Origin: Marsupella aquatica
Lineage: Eukaryota; Plantae; Marchantiophyta
Assembly (NCBI GenBank): GCA_973895155.1
Contig: OZ316894.1
Coordinates: 7,278,234-7,342,233, forward strand
Direction of reading: 5' to 3'
DNA: 64,000 nucleotides
The position numbers were made by a program, and so were the translations under genes. Below are positions 57,531-64,000 of the stretch, in pieces. The notes beneath the pieces are model-generated. The model saw nothing but the letters and a program-made list of their open reading frames with translations, did no database searches and was not told the DNA's origin. How positions within the stretch are numbered: position 1 is the first letter of the stretch; every line of letters begins with the position of its first letter.

Positions 57531-57873
57531 ATCTTCGAAAAGAAGCCCACCACAATTAAGAACTTCGGTATCTGGGTCCACGTATCAGAGTCGTACAGGT
57601 TATCACAACATGTACAAGGAATATTGTGATACCACAAGAAACGGAGCTGCAGAGCAGATGTATGATGAGATGGCTTCTTGTCATAGAGTTCGGTTCCCTT
57701 GCATCCAGATCATGAAGACTACGACAGTCCCTGTCTCTCTGTGCAAGCGAGAAAGTACCAAGCAGTTCCATGATTCAAAGATCAAGTTCCCCTTGACGTA
57801 CTGCAAGATTCAACCTCCATTGCGAAAGCTAAAGAAGACTTACAAGGCCACCAAGCCCAACACAATTGTTTGA
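57531..57873 (+). pseudogene. RPL18a: Captured last exon of 60S ribosomal protein L18a (eL20), frameshifted
   Basis: [15 protein letters not shown] then [38 protein letters not shown]...[12 protein letters not shown]; preceded by a CAG acceptor at 57530. Confidence 0.92.
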
Positions 57874-60800
57874 GTAGTGCGGGTGCAGGTTCCCAATTTT
57901 GAGACAATTTGGCTCATTTTATGTCCCGAGGGAATCCTGGAGTTTATGTATTGAGTTTCTAGATGAAGATGCTTAATATAAGGAAATTCAATTATCACTT
58001 CGTTCCCAACTTCTATTAATTGAAAATACACAAGCTGGAAGCAAGAAGACAAGCCACAATCTAGCATCTTAGCCAAACACAATCGTCCCGACAAAGCAAA
58101 ACTCAGCTGGACAGAAGTCACTCGGATCCACAAAAAATTGAAGATTCACCTCCAAGCCGGAGGCTGATCACTTCAGTACAGCAGCTTCTAGACGGAACAA
58201 ACTCTGCTCAGCCCCACAGAAACACAAATGTTAAGGCTCAGCAACAATAGACAAATTCACTAGCCAGAGGGAGTGAAAAGCAAATGAGTACCAAGCCAAC
58301 CAACTAAGACTGACTATGAAATGCAAGTGACGTCATTACAACCAAAACAATACAACAAAGCACTTAGGCAACATTAATACAAAATTGTAGAGGAATTATA
58401 TCATGCGATAGATAGTACTCGGTTCTACCTGAGGTGTACAATCATACTCCCCTCAGGTAGAATGTGTATGCAATTACATACACATGACGATCCCCAAGAA
58501 AGCAGACAACAGTTCCTAGCAGACAACAGTTCTTGCTACGTGTCTCAGGCTGATTTTTACTTTCCAGACTTGAGAGTTGTGAAGGTAGTCTTAGTAACTT
58601 TCCTCTGACTCGATTTGGGAGCATTTGACCTATCTGCTAGCTTGTAGTTAGCTTCATGATGTCTGTACACTTTGGTGTCCGAGCCGAGCACTGATTCTTC
58701 CTCTCCTCTATTTTAGCTTCGTGATATCTGTACACGTTGGTGTCCGGGCTCTGATTTTGCCTCTCCTCTGTTTTTGCATCGTGATAGGCTTCGATCACAG
58801 TACCGTATTGGAGCATGGAAATTTGAGGTCCATTTCAAGGCAGCGGGAATAAGTACATTGATCAACTGGAGACCAGAAATGCACATATGTGAATGTCATA
58901 CCTTTCAGGCGGAAGTCGTAGGTAGCAGGTAGCAGGCGTGAACTTGCAAGCAGCAACTTGCGCTCTGTTGCCCCCTGTAGCTTACTAAAACAACACTCCA
59001 CTGAGAAGCAATGACAACGGATTGGAGCTCCTCCCCAATTAATATAGTCTCCAACCAATCACGTTCATGATCTGAGGTGAGACATGACATACAATAATCG
59101 CTGATGCAGAGATCTAAGAATTGTCTCAATCCAAGGAACAGAACATCTCACGACATCACGGACATTTTACAGTAACAAAATGCAACACCCACCCTATGCA
59201 TCTATAACATTGAGTACAAACATTCATGGATTGCAAAATTACTCTTCATCCGTCACCTTCAGGTCAAGTCGTAGCTCTAGCCATAACTCATAGGTCGTAG
59301 CTCCAAGACGTAGCTGCAACCACGGCTCACAAGTCCAGCTCCCATGTCAGCTCACATGAATAGCGCCTCCCTTCGCTGCACTCCATGCATCTGCTGCCAG
59401 TTGCAACACAAACATTAAGCAGTCAATAAGCAGGGCCACTTTCATTGTACACAATGTCACATAAATCTTACCTGGACGGTTTGCATTGGAATCACTGTCA
59501 TAATCACCCCGGCCGTAGCCTTCACTGATCAATGTGAAGGGCGTGCACCTCAATGCCAGCATTCAGTGACCGCAGCTCAAACTCTAAACTCTCAGTGACC
59601 GCAGCTCAAACAGCTCAACTCTCATTGACCGCACCTAAAACTCAATTTGCTGGAACTCAGCAAGTCAAAGCGACTGTAGCACGAGTAAGAACACCCTATA
59701 CCTCACACACCCTATACCTCACTGTGCACTGGGGCTGTCACATTTTGCAAACTGTAAACCATGGGATTAGTGAGGACCTCCGCGCACCCAGGTTGTAGCC
59801 TCTGTCTCACTCAGCATCTGGCAGACTGGCAACCCATAGCAAAAACGCAGAGCAGCAATCGGCCATAGCGATAGACGAGAGCAGCGATGACAACGATGAA
59901 AGATGGTGAATCCCAAAAGCTATTGACTCTCACCTTAAATTGCACAACTCCTGCCTTGTACCTTGGAGGTTGTGTACGAGCGCAACACAACCTCCAACTC
60001 CTCCCCACTGACGGTCGCAGCTCCCGGTGAAGCTTCAAGCCTTAACGACAAATGGATACTTGGGAGCGCTTGCGATTAGTACATCAATCACTCTTGCCCG
60101 AGCATGTAATGAAGAGCACAAATGTCCCCTTCGATCGGTCACTCACTGACTTGAGCTCACTGTCACTCAATGTGGACGATGTCAACAACATAAATTGTTA
60201 AGCTTCTCAGGACACAATCAATCCTCATTCTCTTGTGAGTGGAGAATGAGTTTAAAGACAACAAGAGGCCATAACATTGCCTCCACCTATAATGTATGTC
60301 ATTATTGAGGTGGACTTACCAAATGTGAACTCCAATCTCTGCCCACAAGAACAACTCCTTGTGACTCTTTCGCGCGTCCACAGATTGTCTTACTGACAAT
60401 GCCAATGCAAAAAAGGGCCGGATCGCTGTTGCAACCACGATGATCCACCTCACGCTAGATAGTTGGCCTTCAAGATCACTCCCCACTTTTTCGCAGCTCC
60501 TCAGTTCTACGTCGCAGCTCCCCGATCCTCCACAACCCCTTGTCCACGGCAGTGCTGCAACAAAATAAGCTCCTGGTCGCAGCTCCTCAGTTATTGGTCA
60601 CAGCTGCAACAACATAAGCTCATAGTAAGTCGGCCTAAACCCACAGCTCAGTCCTCCAATGACAAAATACCTAAACCTTGGCCCAAATGCGAGCTCCCGA
60701 TAGTATTCAGACCTTGCAGCATTCAACTGGAAGCGCACAATGGAGAAGAGCTTGAAGGTCGCACACCTGACAAAATCAATCACGGATTGATCTACGAGCT

Positions 60801-61459
60801 GGATATTGGAGTCTGTGTCTCTCGTCCGAGGCTTCCGATCATCTGCTCTAGTCCAAAGCTCCCAAAAGTATAGAGGGCAGATGTACACTCAAGCACGACA
60901 AGCGGAAGTCCGTAAAGCTCCTCGCCCTAAACGATGGTTGTTGGTAAGCACAATGGACATCCAAGTTTTTCCTTGACAAAAACCTCCGAGTTCCCGCGCA
61001 CCTTCAACTCCCATTTGCACTCTGCTGGTGTGTTTCCTGTTGAAAAACCCGCGCACCCTAAACTCGTATCCAAAGGCAACGCACAATGCATACCTTAACA
61101 CTTAGTGAGAGAACTGAACCCAGTGACACTCGACCACTTTGCGTTGACATGAGCTGTAAACCCTAAAGAAAATTTGACACAACACAATATGAGCAAAGAT
61201 TAAATGAACGCACAGGGCTAGGATTAACCTTACAATAGCCTTGTTGCATGCTCATTAATTAAGAGCACAAATGATGAGCCTAAAAGAAAACTAATGCTAT
61301 CTAAGATCAAGTAATTATGGTTTAGAATGGTATGACTAAACTATTATTAAATTGATGTGGAATGACATATGGTGTATCCAAAATCATATGTATATGGTCG
61401 CGGATCCCATACTTTAAGGTTTAAGGGTTCAAATGTAGTGGTCTCATAAGTTGTACTCT

Positions 61460-61678
61460 AATGTAGAGTCACTTGTATAACTTCACCCTAATTGCCTTAA
61501 CTAAGTTATAGTTGCAACTTACCTAAAAGTTGTAAACATGACTTGGCAAAACTTCACCAAAACTCAGTCAAGAAGGTGTGACTAACATGACACCAACAAC
61601 CTTGGAGTCGCTATTTCATGAAGGTCTTGGACAAGTCACACATCTCCAGGTCTCAAAACGGGCCGGTTTCTTCTAGTG
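61460..61678. repeat. Right subterminal repeats and TIR of the CACTA
   Basis: agtcac/gtgact copies; ends CGGTTTCTTCTAGTG. Confidence 0.85.
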
Positions 61679-62163
61679 TCTCCAAATGTTAAACCTGATC
61701 TCGAACTCATAGATTCATGATCAACTAGTTTAACACAAGGAAGAGGCAAAAATGCATAACTTAACCATACTTCTACACTAGTGGTGGAGGGGTCTTATAG
61801 TAAAATCCTACAGGGTAAGAGGTCATAGGGTCGAAGAGACATGCCTCTTCATACTCCTCAAAAAGTCAAAACAGCGATTCAGTAAGTGAAAAGCCGGGAA
61901 ATGGCTAAGTAAGAACCCGTAAAAGCGTAAAAGCATAAAGGCGTAATCTGGTGAATGCGGTAGACTTAAAGACTTACCGAATTCAAGTATTTTTAACTTT
62001 CTACTCCTGGCTCGGAAAATTCTGAAATTTTGCCAGTAGGTTTTCCTAGGTACAGGCTACACACTAAATAAGTTTCATAGCTTTTAAAGCTCTATAACAC
62101 ATTTTGAAAAATAGGGAAAGATGCACTATTCTTAAAACTTAACTAAAAGACTTAGATTCTGCC

Positions 62164-64000
62164 TCAAGCTTGTTGTCGGATATCTTCTGGTTCGAGTAGC
62201 TCCACGAGGGTAACAGTCCGAGCTTGAGTAACTTCCATCAGCTCAGCCTGGCGTGGGGATCCTCGAGAGTAGGGTAGGCATCTCAATTGCCTTTCAGGAT
62301 ACATCAGGGGCATTCTTCTCCTTAGATAACATATGTCTATTCGAAGAGCTTCTCTATATATCCCAATCACGTCATAATTATTGCAAGTAGCAGCATATAC
62401 TTGGGGATAATGGTATAGAAATTCATCAGAGTTCAGCATCCTGGAATAGAAAGGGTGAAGCCTCCATTTGACATCTCTGAAATACCGATTGAAGTTGGCC
62501 AGAGTTTGAGAGGTGACATTGTTCCAGATTCTCTGTTTCTCAGCTAATGAACTGGTTGAAACAAGGGTAACCTTGGGCTCTCGAGGAAGGTAAGCGTTCT
62601 GGGGAGAAGTAGATTTCTTACTCTGCATGAGAAAAGAAACCACAAAATCTAGGGCATAAGCTGCCAAATTTCCAAAATATGCCAGAACTAAATCTGAATC
62701 CTCCACCTCCACATCTCCTTGAAGTAGCATCACAGCAAGAATGGGTCGGAAATAGAGAGAGTCAGTCCAGAACTCATCGAATTGTGCCATCTCCAGTCTG
62801 GAAGTTCCAAAACACCTGAGGTCGAAGATATAACTGGCCTCTGTCTTCTTGAGATAGTAGTATTTCCAAAATTCTCCAACCGGTGGTCTGTTGGCCTGCA
62901 TAATCTTACAGGTCTCCACATACCTGTGCACTTGGGACTCGGGATGTCTCGGGTATCTACTCTCGATGGTGGCATTCCGAGGTGTTTGAGTAGATGAAGT
63001 GACAACTGTTACTAAGTTTGGATTGGATCTTAAGGCAGTATCAACATCTTCAAATCCCTGCCTTGGGGATGACTCAAGAGAATTATCATAAGATCTATAA
63101 GTTTCACCATCTGAGGGTGGATCAGAGTCTTCAGGTAGATCTTCTCTGTCAAAAGGGTGCTCATATTGTGACCGATTATAGGTGGGTCCTTCTGTGGGTT
63201 CATAGTTGGAATCAGGGCTGTAAGGTTGTGAACCTGGGCTAGAAGTAGGACTAGCAGTTGGACATTGTTGGACCAAGTTGCGGACCACAGATGCTATCTG
63301 TCGAGGTTCACACTGTAGTAGTTCTAACAAGTCATCCACAATAGCCACACAGCTGATACTATCTGTTACTGGAATGGGCTCACTTGTTTCTAGGGGAGGG
63401 GGGTGTACAGTGACAGGAGTACAGATCACAAACTCCATTGGTGCTGGTTCTCTTGGGGGAGAGGTTATTCTGACAGGGCTTAGCTGATCATGAAATGGTG
63501 ATCCCAAACTAACAGCCTCCATTCTCAAATTATTAACAGCATCATATAGTCCATCATCACTACAACTGAGGAGAGATATCAACTTATCAATAAGCTGCTG
63601 ATTCGACTCTGCCTTCGAAGGAGTGGACCTGGTGGTCTCATGAGGAGCAGCATCAGTTGGTGTAGCATCATCGTCTTGTTGATGAATGCTCCTTACTTCT
63701 TCAGCTTCTAGTGGATCTGCATCCATAGTCCGGCTAGGGAAATTCTCATTACTTATTGATTGGCAAACAACTTCCCTGCTATGCATAGGAGAATGTGTAG
63801 GGATTTCTAATGAAGTATCCTCCATAGGAACATCAGCATTCTCCTCAACGTTCTGATCATTCGAATTCAATGGGGTGACATGTACAATGTCCTCTATAGG
63901 AATTTCTTCTTCAATACCCAAGTCAATCAGGAGTAACCCCCTCTCTGTCTCTTCCTCCAGATATAAACAGTCATGAGTATAATAGAGCTGAGAGAGATAA
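62164..64000 (-). CDS. Family X accessory ORF, copy 2; frame open to the window edge
   Basis: No stop over more than 600 codons; homologous to 37060-38872. Confidence 0.8.
   Translation of the reverse strand, partial: YLSQLYYTHDCLYLEEETERGLLLIDLGIEEEIPIEDIVHVTPLNSNDQNVEENADVPMEDTSLEIPTHSPMHSREVVCQSISNENFPSRTMDADPLEAEEVRSIHQQDDDATPTDAAPHETTRSTPSKAESNQQLIDKLISLLSCSDDGLYDAVNNLRMEAVSLGSPFHDQLSPVRITSPPREPAPMEFVICTPVTVHPPPLETSEPIPVTDSISCVAIVDDLLELLQCEPRQIASVVRNLVQQCPTASPTSSPGSQPYSPDSNYEPTEGPTYNRSQYEHPFDREDLPEDSDPPSDGETYRSYDNSLESSPRQGFEDVDTALRSNPNLVTVVTSSTQTPRNATIESRYPRHPESQVHRYVETCKIMQANRPPVGEFWKYYYLKKTEASYIFDLRCFGTSRLEMAQFDEFWTDSLYFRPILAVMLLQGDVEVEDSDLVLAYFGNLAAYALDFVVSFLMQSKKSTSPQNAYLPREPKVTLVSTSSLAEKQRIWNNVTSQTLANFNRYFRDVKWRLHPFYSRMLNSDEFLYHYPQVYAATCNNYDVIGIYREALRIDICYLRRRMPLMYPERQLRCLPYSRGSPRQAELMEVTQARTVTLVELLEPEDIRQQA

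Larger units (their letters stand above)
44348..61678 (-). mobile_element. Complete CACTA (En/Spm) DNA transposon, 17331 bp
   Basis: TIRs CACTAGAAGAA / TTCTTCTAGTG, 3-bp TSD TCT, flanks rejoin family X sequence, TnpD and TnpA-like genes inside. Confidence 0.96.
41621..64000 (-). mobile_element. LTR-retroelement family X, copy 2, interrupted by a solo LTR and a CACTA element; continues beyond the window
   Basis: Segments 41621-42075, 44122-44347 and 61682-64000 rejoin collinearly with the reverse complement of copy 1. Confidence 0.85.

Noticed and set aside
36290-64000. Family X inverted copies as giant TIRs of one DNA transposon carrying SET
   Set aside because: The inner ends are LTR termini homologous to a TSD-flanked solo LTR, and the arms are clearly diverged

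Overview
This is a eukaryotic, almost certainly land-plant, block of nested transposons; a non-seed plant such as a bryophyte is my guess and is not proven. I found no intact host gene. Layers I can reconstruct from termini and target-site duplications (TSDs): (1) A very young Athila-like Ty3/Gypsy element A (2473-18119, minus strand, AACAC TSD). Its two 3987-bp LTRs each contain a ~620-aa ORF, and its pol is broken by a 1055-bp tandem duplication. (2) A is inserted in the integrase of a second, fungal-type Gypsy element B (2240-27438), which lacks its 3' LTR and itself splits a CACTA TnpA-like gene (723-2236 + 27439-28315). (3) An LTR-like segment with accessory ORFs (28814-32146) truncates a Sola-like DDE transposase (32147-35502). 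(4) Two opposite-orientation copies of LTR family X (36290-40086 and 41621->64000) flank a SET-domain ORF and a CACTA transposase fragment. (5) The second X copy is interrupted by a solo LTR (42076-44116, AAGAT TSD) and by a complete 17.3-kb CACTA element (44348-61678, TCT TSD). That CACTA has an apparently intact spliced transposase, a TnpA-like gene, a tandem-BRCT ORF, an EDM2-like PHD ORF, a Cys/His ORF and a captured RPL18a exon. The most notable signals are CACTA elements carrying stand-alone chromatin reader/writer and DNA-repair modules, and LTRs that themselves carry long ORFs. Family names come from recognising motifs by eye; no database search was run.
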